In this document: positions 36,165 through 46,083 of the stretch, one piece after another | How positions within the stretch are numbered: position 1 is the first letter of the stretch | Layout of the letters: each line of letters begins with the position of its first letter | From: Sminthopsis crassicaudata | Taxonomy: Eukaryota | Reading direction: 5' to 3' | NCBI RefSeq assembly: GCF_048593235.1 | Contig: NC_133619.1 | Span: forward strand, 650,606,558-650,670,557 | Length of the DNA stretch: 64,000 nucleotides | The notes under the pieces: generated by a model | Told to the model about the DNA's origin: nothing | Seen by the model: the letters and a program-made list of their open reading frames with translations, nothing else | Database searches by the model: none | Program-made: the position numbers and the translations under genes

Positions 36165-36790
36165 TGTTTGTGGCGGCCCTTTTTGGAGTGGCCAGAGACT
36201 GGAAGTTGGATGGATGCCCATCAGCTGGAGAATGGTTGGGTAAATTGTGGTATATGAAGGTTATGGAAAATTATTGCTCTGTATTAAATGACCAGCAGGA
36301 GGAATACAGAGAGGCCTGGAGAGACTGACATCAACTGATGCTGAGTGAAATGAGCAGAACCAGAAGATCGCTGTACACTTCAATGTTGTATGAGGATGTA
36401 TTCTGATGGAAGTGGAAATCTTCAACATAAAGAAGATCCGGCTCACTTCCAGCTGATCGATGATGGACAGAAATAACTGCACCCAGAGAAGGAACACTGG
36501 GAAATGGGTGCAACCTGTTTGCATTTTTGTTTTTCTTCCCAGGTTATTTTTACCTTACAATTCTTCCTGTCCAAACAAGAAAGTCGGTTGTGCACACGTA
36601 GATTGTATCTAGGATCTCCTAGAACACATTTAACATGTGTGGGACTGCCTGCCATGGGGGGGGGGGCGAGGGAGGGGAAAATTCGGAACCGAAGGAGTAT
36701 AAGGGATAATGTTGCGAAAAAAATTACCCAGGCATATTGTACTGTCAAAAAATATATAATTATAAAATTAATTTTAAAAATTAAAAGAAA
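36165..36790 (+). mobile_element. 5'-truncated LINE-1 3' end
   Basis: aaaatgtttgtggcggccctttt...aattataaaattaattttaaaaa; possible diverged TSD ggaaaataaggcaga / ggaaatatggcaga. Confidence 0.88.
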
Positions 36791-37760
36791 AGGGAAATAT
36801 GGCAGAGGGTTACGGGAACCGCTCTGGCTCCCACAGTCCTTTTCCTTGTCTGATACTCCTGTGCCCCCTTCTCGCTGCACGGGATGTTGAGTGACTCCGC
36901 GGGTGCGGAGAAACGTGGAAGTCCGCAGGGTCGGCTGTGGCTGGTAGTGTATGAATGGGAGGCCCCCGCCGGAGGGCTCGAGGTCAGAAGTAAAAGCGCA
37001 CCCCCCACGGGCTCCCCTTCCCAGAACCCCCCCGCACCCAGTGGGGGAGGGGGCACTAGGTGGAAGGGAGGGACGACGACACGCCCGGACTAGAACCGGA
37101 CGGACTCGGGGGCCGAAGCCGAGAGGGAGGCGGCCTGGGGCGGGGCCGGCAGAAGAGCGCCGACGACCGCGCGGAGGCAGGTTGCCGCCTGCCTCGCGAC
37201 CCAGCCCGGGGGCTCTGCAGCTGTTCGGCCGCGGCCTGGAAAGGAGAACCGGGCGGGGCCGGTCCCGGGGGGAGGGGGCCCCTGAGGGAGCAGAGCTCTC
37301 CTCGAGCTGTCGAAGGAAGGGGAGGGGGGGAGGGGGCTGGAGCCAGTGCTGATAAAATAGGGGGGAGCCAAGGCAGGCTTAGAGAGAAAGCAGCTCACCC
37401 GGCGAGGGGCCGCCGCCCGCCCCGAAGAGCAGGCGCGGAGCTGATGGAGCTGGGGGGAGGGGACGGGGGGCAGCGTCCCGGCGGGAGGGCAAACACAGAG
37501 GGCGCGCCTGGCACTTACTCCCCGAGGCCCAGGCGCCCCCAATCCCCGCTCCGGAGTCGGCACAGAGAGATGGTTCTTCTCCCGGAGCCCCCAACCCCAC
37601 AACTCCTGCCCTGCGGCCCAGGATCGGCTGGGCCCGAACCCGCCGCGAGCTCTGCCCCGCACACCCGAGGCCGCTTCCCGCCCCTAGTGGCAAGAACAAA
37701 GGGTCATTTCCAAGCCCCCCCAGAAGGGACTTTCTCCGGCTAAATCCCCTGCTGTGTGCG

Positions 37761-38460
37761 CGCGGGAGAAGAGAAGGGAGAAAACGGGAGGGGGAGGAGG
37801 GGAGGGAGGAGAGGGAGGAGAGGAAAGGAGTGAAGGGAGGAGAGGAAAGGAGTGAAGGGAGGGGGGAGGAGGGGAGGGAGGAGAGGAAAGGAGTGAAGGG
37901 AGAGGGGAGGAGAGGAAAGGAGTGAAGGGAGGGGGGAGGAGGGGAGGGAGGAGAGGAAAGGAGTGAAGGGAGAGGGGAGGAGGGGAGGGAGGAGAGGAAA
38001 GGAGTGAAGGGAGGGGGGAGGAGGGGAGGGAGGAGAGGAAAGGAGTGAAGGGAGAGGGGAGGAGGGGAGGGAGGAGAGGAAAGGAGTGAAGGGAGGGGGA
38101 GGAGAGGAAAGGGCAGAAGGGAGGGGGGAGGAGGGGAGGGAGGAGAGGAAAGGAGTGAAGGGAGGGGGGAGGAGAGGAAAGGAGTGAAGGGAGGGGGGAG
38201 GAGAGGAAAGGAGTGAAGGGAGGGGGGAGGAGAGGAAAGGAGTGAAGGGAGGGGGGGGGAGAGGAAAGGAGTGAAGGGAGAGGGGAGGAGAGGAAAGGAG
38301 TGAAGGGAGGGGGGAGGAGAGGAAAGGAGTGAAGGGAGGGGGAGGAGAGGAAAGGAGTGAAGGGAGAGGGGAGGAGGGGAGGGAGGAGAGGAAAAGAGTT
38401 AAGGGAAGAAGGAAGAGAGGAGAGGAGAGAAAAGAAGTGCAAGGAGAGGGAGAGGAGACC
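37761..38460. repeat. Polypurine (GA-rich) tandem tract
   Basis: Repeats of gaggaaaggagtgaagggagggggga(ggaggggagg); almost no pyrimidines on + strand. Confidence 0.95.
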
Positions 38461-38879
38461 CTCCCCGAAGTTGAGGGGATAATCAGACTTCCAGATCCAA
38501 ATGACTTTAACAAATAAGTGCCTTGGGGAAACGGAGGCCCGGAGTCACGGCCTTGCCCAGGCGCAGCAGCCAATCAGAACGGTTGCTCAGACCCCCTGCT
38601 GTCTGGCCTGGGACCCCACCACCAAGGGTGCAGGGGGTCAGTGCACGAGGAGAGGCTAGAAGAGGCCGTCCTCCTTGGAAGGAGCTGCCACATCCGAGGA
38701 GGAAGTTGGTGAGCATCCCAGAAGGAAGCGGGGTAACCCTGGCCACAGGAGATAAATGCTCCTCCCAAAGGCAGAGATGATTAGGGCTCTCCTCCTCAGA
38801 AGCCCGGTTTGGTGAGCCTCCTCGGGGTGTGAGGAGCTCCAGCTGCCTCCCTCCCACCCTGGAGGCCCGGATCAGGACC

Positions 38880-41800
38880 ATGGGCTCCTCCCTCCCTCCC
38901 TTACTTTTATTTGGTGAGTCCCTGGAAAGTGGGAGAGGGTCTCCATGGAGACGGGATCTCCTGGGAGATAGGGTGGAAACCAGGTGGGATGGGGTGGGGC
39001 AAGCCTGACTGGGGAGGGGGCTGGAAAACTCGGGGCTGGACAGGAAAGTGAGGGGACAGTCTAGCCCTGGCTGCCGAGTCCCAGCTGTGCCCTTCTGAGC
39101 AAGTCATCGCCCTGCTCTGAGCATCAGTTTCCCCCTCTGTGAAATAGGGGGTCAGACTCCATGATCTTAAGGTTCCTTCCAGCAAATATTTGGTGACTCT
39201 TGGAGGCCCCGAGAAAGCCAGGATTCAGACCCCGGGGCCATCTCTGCACCCCTGGGAGGGAAACCTGCCTCTCACCAGATCTTCTCCCCTAGGCCTGGGT
39301 CTGAGCCTGGGGATCAAAGCGCAAAGAGGTGAGTGTCCCCCGGTCAGCACCGACAGGCGTCCCCAGAGCAGGTGGGGAGGAGCAGGGGGAGTCACAGGCC
39401 TGGAGCTCAGTCAGGACTCGAATTCTCTTCCAGAATTACTCTCCAAACCCCTTCTCTGGGCAAAGCCTAGGTCCATGGTGGCCTGGGGGACAGACGTGAT
39501 CCTGTGGTGCCAGGGTCCCCCTGGAGTTGACATGTACCGCCTGGAGCGACTGGACTCCTCCAGAGAATATAAGGACCAGCCCGGCCCTCCGGGGCCGAGA
39601 GCTCAGGCTCGGTTTCCCTTGGGAAGCGCATCGGCCACCATTGCCGGCAAGTACAGATGCTCCTACAGTATTGGGAGCCGCTGGTCACAGCCCAGCACGA
39701 AGCTGGAGCTGGTGGTGACAGGTGAGGGGACACCCTGAGGAAGCCTGGGAGCCAAGAAGCGGGAGCTGGGGTGGGGGAGCCAGGGGCGCTCAGGGGAGCG
39801 AGATCACAGATGGGGAAGGAAAAGGGAGACTGAACCTTGGGGTGAGCGCTCAGGGGTGTATGGGCGCACACATAAGACAGACACCGTACAAATGCGCACA
39901 GCTCCCCCGGAGGGGGGGCTCTCCGTACAAATGCGCACAGCTCCCCCAGAGTGGGGGCTCTCCGTACAAATGCGCACAGCTCCCCCGAGGAGGGCTCCCC
40001 GTACAAATGCGCACAGCTCCCCGGAGGGGGGCTCCCCGTACAAATAGCACAGCTCCCCGGACGGGGGCTCCCCGTACAAATAGCACAGCTCCCCGGAGGG
40101 GGGCTCCCCGTACAAATGCGCACAGTTCCCAGGAGCGGGGCTCCCCGTACAAATGCGCACAGCTCCCCCGAGTGGGGGCTCCCCGTACAAATGCGCACAG
40201 CTCCCCGGAGGGGGGGCTCCCCGTACAAATGCGCACAGTTCCCCGGAGGGGGGGGCTCCCCGTACAAATGCGCACAGCTCCCTGGGAGTGGGGGCTCTCC
40301 GTACAAATGCGCACAGCTCCCCCGGAGGGGGGCTCCCCGTACAAATAGCACAGCTCCCCGGAGGGGGGGCTCCCCGTACAAATAGCACAGCTCCCCGGAG
40401 GGGGGCTCCCCGTACAAATGCGCACAGTTCCCCAGGAGCGGGGCTCCCCGTACAAATGCGCACAGCTCCCCCGGAGTGGGGGCTCCCCGTACAAATGCGC
40501 ACAGCTCCCCCGGAGTGGGGGCTCCCCGTACAAATGCGCACAGCTCCCCCGGAGGGGGGGCTCCCCGTACAAATGCGCACAGTTCCCCGGAGGGGGGGCT
40601 CCCCGTACAAATGCGCACAGCTCCCTGGGAGTGGGGGCTCTCCGTACAAATGCGCACAGCTCCCCCGGAGGGGGGGCTCCCCGTACAAATGCGCACAGCT
40701 CCCTGGAGGGGGGCTCCCCTGTAACATCCTGCCTCCTCTTTCCCAGACTTGTTCGACAAACCCCTCTTCTCCATCCTACCCGGCGCCGAGGTGTCTCCTG
40801 GAGAGAAAGTCACGTTCTCCTGCGGCTCGGAACAGGGCTTTGACGTGTTTGTATTGGTCAAGGAAGGCAGAGCGGGCATCTGGCAGACCCAGGAGGGGAA
40901 GTCCCCTGTGCACTTCCCCGTCCCTGCGGTGACCGCCGGCCACGGAGGCACCTACCGGTGCTACGGATTTGACAGTCACTCCCCCCTACCTGTGGACATT
41001 CCCCAGTGAACCGCTGGAGCTCCGGGTCAAAGGTGCGGCCCCCGCCAGCCGTCCCCAGCCCTCTCCCGCTAGGCCCAGGCCCCCAGAGGTCAGAGTGCAG
41101 AAGGCGCGTGGTTCCCAAGGGAACCTGAGGCAGGGGACAGAGGCAGGGAGCCTCGGAGAACAGGGAGGAGGAACATTTCTGCCCCAAGCTAGCAAGCCCC
41201 CTCACCCCTCACACCCCCTGTGGCTCCTTGAGCTGAGCTGACATGAGATGATTGAACTGAGACTGAGCCGAGCTGAGGGCAGAGACTCGGCACCCGTCAG
41301 AAGCAGAGCGGGGGAGGGGAAAGAGCCCTGGATCCGGAACCTGGATCTGAATTGGGGTCCTGCCGCTGGCGGGCGGAGGGTCTGAAAAGGGGGGCTGGGC
41401 TAGCGTCCATCGGCCTGTGCTCTGAGGGAGAAGAAAAAAGGGGACACAAGACAATAACTTTGACTTCCTCTATTCCCAGGACCCCCTGGAACCCTTTCCC
41501 CAACAAAGTCAGACACTCCGGCGGGTAAGGCCATCTCCAGGCTCCTGTGCAAAGGCTCCCCACGGAGGGCCTCCATACCCCCAGCTGTCACTGGGGGCCC
41601 CACCTTTCCTCAGCTGTGCTCCCTGAGAGCAGGGTGGGGTTCAAGTAGCAGTGTGGGGGGAGGGGGAAAGAGCCCCGGCTTTGGAACCAGTGTCGGGTCA
41701 GAATTGGGGCTCTGCCACTTGCCAGCTGAGGGTTTGCTGGCAGCTCCCTTCATTCTGTGGCACATCTGCAAAAGGGGGGCTGGGCTAGCTCCCACCAGCC

Positions 41801-42845
41801 TGTGCTCTGAGGGGGAAGAAAAAAAGGGGACACAAGACAACACTTTTTACTTCCTCTATTCCCAGGAGCCCCTCGAGCCCCTTCCCCAACAAAGTCAGAC
41901 ACTCCGGCGGGTAAGGCCATCTCCAGGCTCCTGTGCAAAGGCTCCCCACGGAGGGCCTCCATACCCCCAGCTGTCACTGGGGGCCCCACCTTTCCTCAGC
42001 TGTGCTCCCTGGGGCAGGGGTGGGGGTCAGAGCCGGGGGGTCTCCAGGGAGAAGGCCTGGAGAAGGGGCTGGTGGTCCCTGGGAGAAGCATCCTGAAGCA
42101 CGGCTGTCACACAGGGTGCCCAGCGTGGCAGCCTTCCTCTGTCCAGGCTTATAAATGAGGGGCCTGGAGTCCGTGGCTCTTGCCTTCCAAATGGAACCCC
42201 TGGGTTTCCTCTGCTAAAGACAAGAATGGAGGAGAGCACCCCGCGGGTGGCAGACACAGGGAGGTGGCCTTCTCTCCATTCTCTTCTCCTATTTCCAGGC
42301 GCTCTCATACCCCTCCACGTTTCCACAAAGAAGGTGGACGTCCCAACAGGTGAGCAAGCCAGAGCTCCCCTCTCCGGGAGGCACTGCCTCATTTCCCTGG
42401 CCTTGACGCCCTTCTGAGTCAGGGCCCCCCACTCTCCCCCCCCCAGGCCCAGGGACCTGGGAGGAGCAGGTTTTAGGGGCCAAGAGGCTGGTTTCCAGGG
42501 CAGACACCCCTTGCATTGGCTGCCTCGGTGTGCCTGGGATCTCAGCCAGGGCTCTGAGGTAAGGGGAGGACCCCCTCTCCCCGCCAGAGATCCCATCTGA
42601 GGAGAGAGCCCTAGTTCGGAGGCCGCTCCCGGAGCCTTCTGCACCCAGCCCATGACCCCCTTCTCTCCGCAGGTCCCAGCCCCCAGGATTACACCGTATC
42701 CAACCTTGTGCGCTTGGGCCTGGCCGCCGTGGTGGTGACGGCCCTGGGGGGGCTTCTGGTCGAAGCCTGGCTGGCCTGGAGGGGGGAGTTCCGCGGGCTT
42801 TCGGGCCGCTTTTCCAGGCCCCAGACCCAGCAGCCCCACAGGTGA
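38880..42845 (+). CDS. GP6-like two-Ig-domain LRC activating receptor (8 exons; one +1 frameshift in exon 4 as assembled)
   Basis: Exons with GT-AG and phase 1 throughout: 38880-38913 (MGSSLPPLLLF-G), 39293-39328 (36-bp signal exon), 39434-39721 (D1: [13 protein letters not shown]...GKYRCSYSIGSRWSQPSTKLELVVT), 40747-41032 (D2), 41480-41524, 41866-41910, 42299-42349 (stalk), 42673-42845 (QDYTVSNLVRLGLAAVVVTALGGLLVEAW, TM Arg). 318 aa if the extra C at 40981-40986 is removed. Orthology to GP6 not proven. Confidence 0.85.
39885..40720. repeat. ~38-41-bp minisatellite, 22 copies, in intron 3 of the receptor gene
   Basis: Unit ccgtacaaatgcgcacagctcccccggagggggggctcc; 18 copies with tgcgcac, 4 with tagcac. 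Confidence 0.97.
41310..42015 (+). repeat. Tandem duplication containing a 45-bp stalk exon in each copy
   Basis: Exons at 41480 and 41866 (386 bp apart) with near-identical flanks. Confidence 0.93.
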
Positions 42846-45103
42846 AGGGACTGTCTCCACAGTGATCCCGGATCCTGCAGCGGCTCCAGAGACTGGGGAG
42901 GGAGGGGCAAACAGTCTGGGAGCCTCAGCTGTAGCTTCATAAAGCCTGCTGTGTGTGGGTGAGCCCCTTTGTGCGTCCATCCGTCCGTCAGCGTCCGGTC
43001 CAGGCCTCCTCAAAGACCGGCTGGGGCCGGCGATATCAGCTCCAAACAGAAGCACAGAGCCATTTCCTCAGGGAGCCCCCACCTAACCCTCCAGTGCTGA
43101 CACCTATACACCCATTTTACAGACGGAGCCTTCAGAGGGGGGAAGAGATTACCCAAATAATGGACACGTCTGCTCCACCCGAGGAATTCCCCCTGGCCCC
43201 ATGGCAGCCCCCCCCCCAGCCTCTTCCTCCCAGGTTCCCCAGCAGAACCCAGCTCTGCCAAGGTCGCCTTAGTCCAGGGCGCCCCCGCCTTCCACCATCC
43301 GGTCAGGCCGCCCTAACCTGGATCCTGGGCCCGGGGCCCCTTCCTCCTTCCCTTCCTGTCCCCTCCCCCAGCCAGCACCCCAGGAGGAGAAGGGGACTGA
43401 GGATTCACCCCCACACACTTTAAGGTTGGAATGGCAGCCATTCTGCCCAGGCAGGAGGGAGAGGGCTCATCCCCATCTTACAAGTGAGGAAAGTGAGGCG
43501 AGGCCGCCCGGGAGGTGGCTCTGGCCAGGAGGGACCCTTGGGACCCCAGCACGCAGCGAGGCTCGGACGGCTCAAGGTCCCTGGGCAGAATTGAGGAGCC
43601 CGGCCTGGCTGCTCTGTGAGCTGGTTTGTGTAAGCCCCTCTCCTCTGGGCGGGCCCCCCCCAGCCCCCCCCACAGCGCCGTAGACGCAGAAGGGGAGAGC
43701 CAGGACCTGAACACCGAGGAGGAGGGAAAGGCCGGCAGCATTTTGAGCCGGGGAGGCCTCCCTTTGTGGAGGAGGACCCTGAGCCTGGGAAAGGGGGAGT
43801 GTGAGCTGGCTGGGGATGCAGAGGGTGGGTGAGGGGCGGAGCTCGCAGCACCTCTCCAGCTGGAGGGAGGCCGAGGGGCCTGTGCTCCTGGCCGCGGAAG
43901 GACCTCAGGCTCCTCTTCCTCCCACTCCATCCTGTCTAGTACACCCCCCCCCCCCTCAGCTGAATCTGGAAGCCATTACTCTTCCCAAGCCAGGCTCCAG
44001 GAAATTCCAGGCCAGGAAGCAGAGCAGTGGGGGCACAGGGGGAGGGGCAGGTCCCAGGGCTCCCGGGCATCTCCTCCAGCCGCTCAAAGCCTCCTCCAGC
44101 TCCGGAGCCCCAGGAGAAATTCCAGCCTCCTCTCTCTCGCCCTTATCCCTAATCTGAGGTCGGTCCAGCACCCAGGGGGGAATTCCTGGACCGCTGGCCC
44201 TTTAAATCCCAGAGCCAAACTTTCGGGGCTGACAGAGGGAGGGATGGGGAGGAGGGGCCAGGGACTTAACCCTCCCCACCCCGCGAGGGGCCAGATTGGG
44301 CGTCGGCTCCGGATCCTCGGGCTCCCGCTCCGGTCTCCTTTTCTGGCATGGCCCCCTCCAACTGGGGCTGACCCCCGGGCCAGGTAGGACGGGACGGGAG
44401 CTTCGGGGTCCCCAAGGGGGTGGGGCTGCAGGCTGGACCCCAGGATCCCCGATGGAGCGAGGCCCGGGGGCTCGGACGCCTGGGTCCCTGAGGCCCCTCC
44501 TGGCTCTCCCCTTGCCAGGTAAAAGGAGGGGTGCTTGAGGAGTTGTCGGACTCCAGGGGGCCCAGCCCCTGCAGAGTGGAGCTGGCCAGGACTGAGGACC
44601 CTCCCGGGGCGCAAGGATCCCCCTAAAGAGTAAGGGGGACAGTGGGGTGGGGGGGCCAGCCCGGGGCAAAGAAGCCACGTGGGCGGCCGGGGTGGGGGTG
44701 GAGGGAGCCTGGGGACGCTGCGGAGGGCCCGGCTCCGACGGGGCTGGGCTCCCCACCCCCAGCCTCTCCTGGAACTGGAGAACCAGTCCAGCGGGATCCA
44801 GGTGGGTGTGATTTCCGCCTGGGAGGGCCCGAGATGTTTGTAGGGGGAGGGGTAACCGGGGACACGTGGAGGTGAGCCAGCTGGAGGGAGTGGAGAAGCT
44901 GGCCTAGCTGGGGGGGGGGGGGGGGGGGCAGAGAGAATGGGCTCCTGGAGCCCGGCCGGGGGCCGCTCCCTCCTCCCGTTGGAGGCGAGCCCGGGAGGAC
45001 TCTGGGTAGCCTGGCCGCAGAGGGGCCCGTTGGGATTCTAGGGAAGCCGCTCTCCCGCCCCCTCGCGGGCTCCCGGGCTAACCCGCGCTCTCCTCTCCTC
45101 CAG

Positions 45104-45604
45104 ATGCCCATCCTGAAACAGCTGGGCCCGGCCGGGCCCAAAAAGCGCCTGGATCGCGATGCCATCTCGGCCCCCCTGGGCGACTTTCGGCACACCATGC
45201 ACGTGGGGCGCGGGGGCGACGCCTTCGGGGACACGTCCTTCCTGAGTCGCCACGGCGGCGGGGGCGGGGGTCCCGGGCCGTCCCCCGGCCCCTCCCCGGG
45301 CCCGTCCCCTGCCCCCTCCGCCGCCCCGTCCCCAGCGCGCCCCGCCCTGCCCCCTCCCACGGCTCCCCAGCCCCCGCGGCCTTCCGAGGGCCAGTCCGAG
45401 GCCCGGCCGGCCGCCGGAGACCCGTTTCTGTCCTTTCACCTGGACCTGGGCCCTTCCCTCCTAGAGGAGGTGCTGGGCGTGATGGATCGAGGCGGGGCCC
45501 TCGCGGAGGCGGGGGCCGCCTCGAGGGCCCCCCACGGAGGGCTGCTGCCGGCGCCGCGGGGCTTCGGCTCCGAGGAGGACCTGGATGAAGTTATCGGGCT
45601 CTAG
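45104..45604 (+). CDS. CDC42EP5: Cdc42 effector protein 5 (Borg3), 166 aa
   Basis: MPILKQLGPAGPKKRLDRDAISAPLGDFRHTMHVGRGGDAFGDTSFL (CRIB) and HLDLGPSLLEEVLGVMD (Borg homology 3); ATG directly after acceptor ctcctctcctccag; synteny with LENG9/LENG8. Confidence 0.97.
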   Translation: MPILKQLGPAGPKKRLDRDAISAPLGDFRHTMHVGRGGDAFGDTSFLSRHGGGGGGPGPSPGPSPGPSPAPSAAPSPARPALPPPTAPQPPRPSEGQSEARPAAGDPFLSFHLDLGPSLLEEVLGVMDRGGALAEAGAASRAPHGGLLPAPRGFGSEEDLDEVIGL

Positions 45605-46083
45605 GGCCGCCAGGAGCCGGCCCTCTTCCGGAACCCCCGCCTCGGCCCCGCCTGGCTCCCCAAGTTTTTATACGACGCCCCCTGTATAGCACCCCTTCCC
45701 TGCCCCTTCCCCTCCGGCCAATGCTCCCCTCCCCCCAGAAGTCTTTATATATAAAAATCATTTATTTCCGCTGCTTTGCGCGTCCGTGTTTCTGGCAGGC
45801 ACCGGGGGTTCGGGAGCTGTTTCTGGGCCTCGGGGTCCCCAGGGGTAGGGCTCCGGGACACGCCCTCCTTCAGCCACACCTCCGCCCTTTCGGGCCCGCT
45901 CGAGAACCCCGCCCCCTCCCCGGCGGAGAGAGGGAACGAGCCGGGCCCGGCTGGCCGGGCGAGCCCCTTTAAGAGCCTCACCCCAGGCGCACGGACTCCG
46001 AAGGGGCGTGCCCGGCGAGGCCGGAAGAGCCGGGGACACCGGAGTCCCGGGAGCCAGCCCTCGGCCCTGGGCGCGGCGGCGGC

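Noticed and set aside
33776-37743. Many 150-300-aa Pro/Gly/Arg-rich ORFs
   Set aside because: Expected in GC-rich, stop-poor CpG-island and tandem-repeat DNA; no recognisable domain
37684-38573. Leu/Ser/Pro-rich minus-strand ORFs
   Set aside because: Translation of the polypurine tract
39467-40951. Long ORFs of 200-494 aa across the receptor intron
   Set aside because: Produced by the ~40-bp minisatellite; real exons flank it with canonical splice sites
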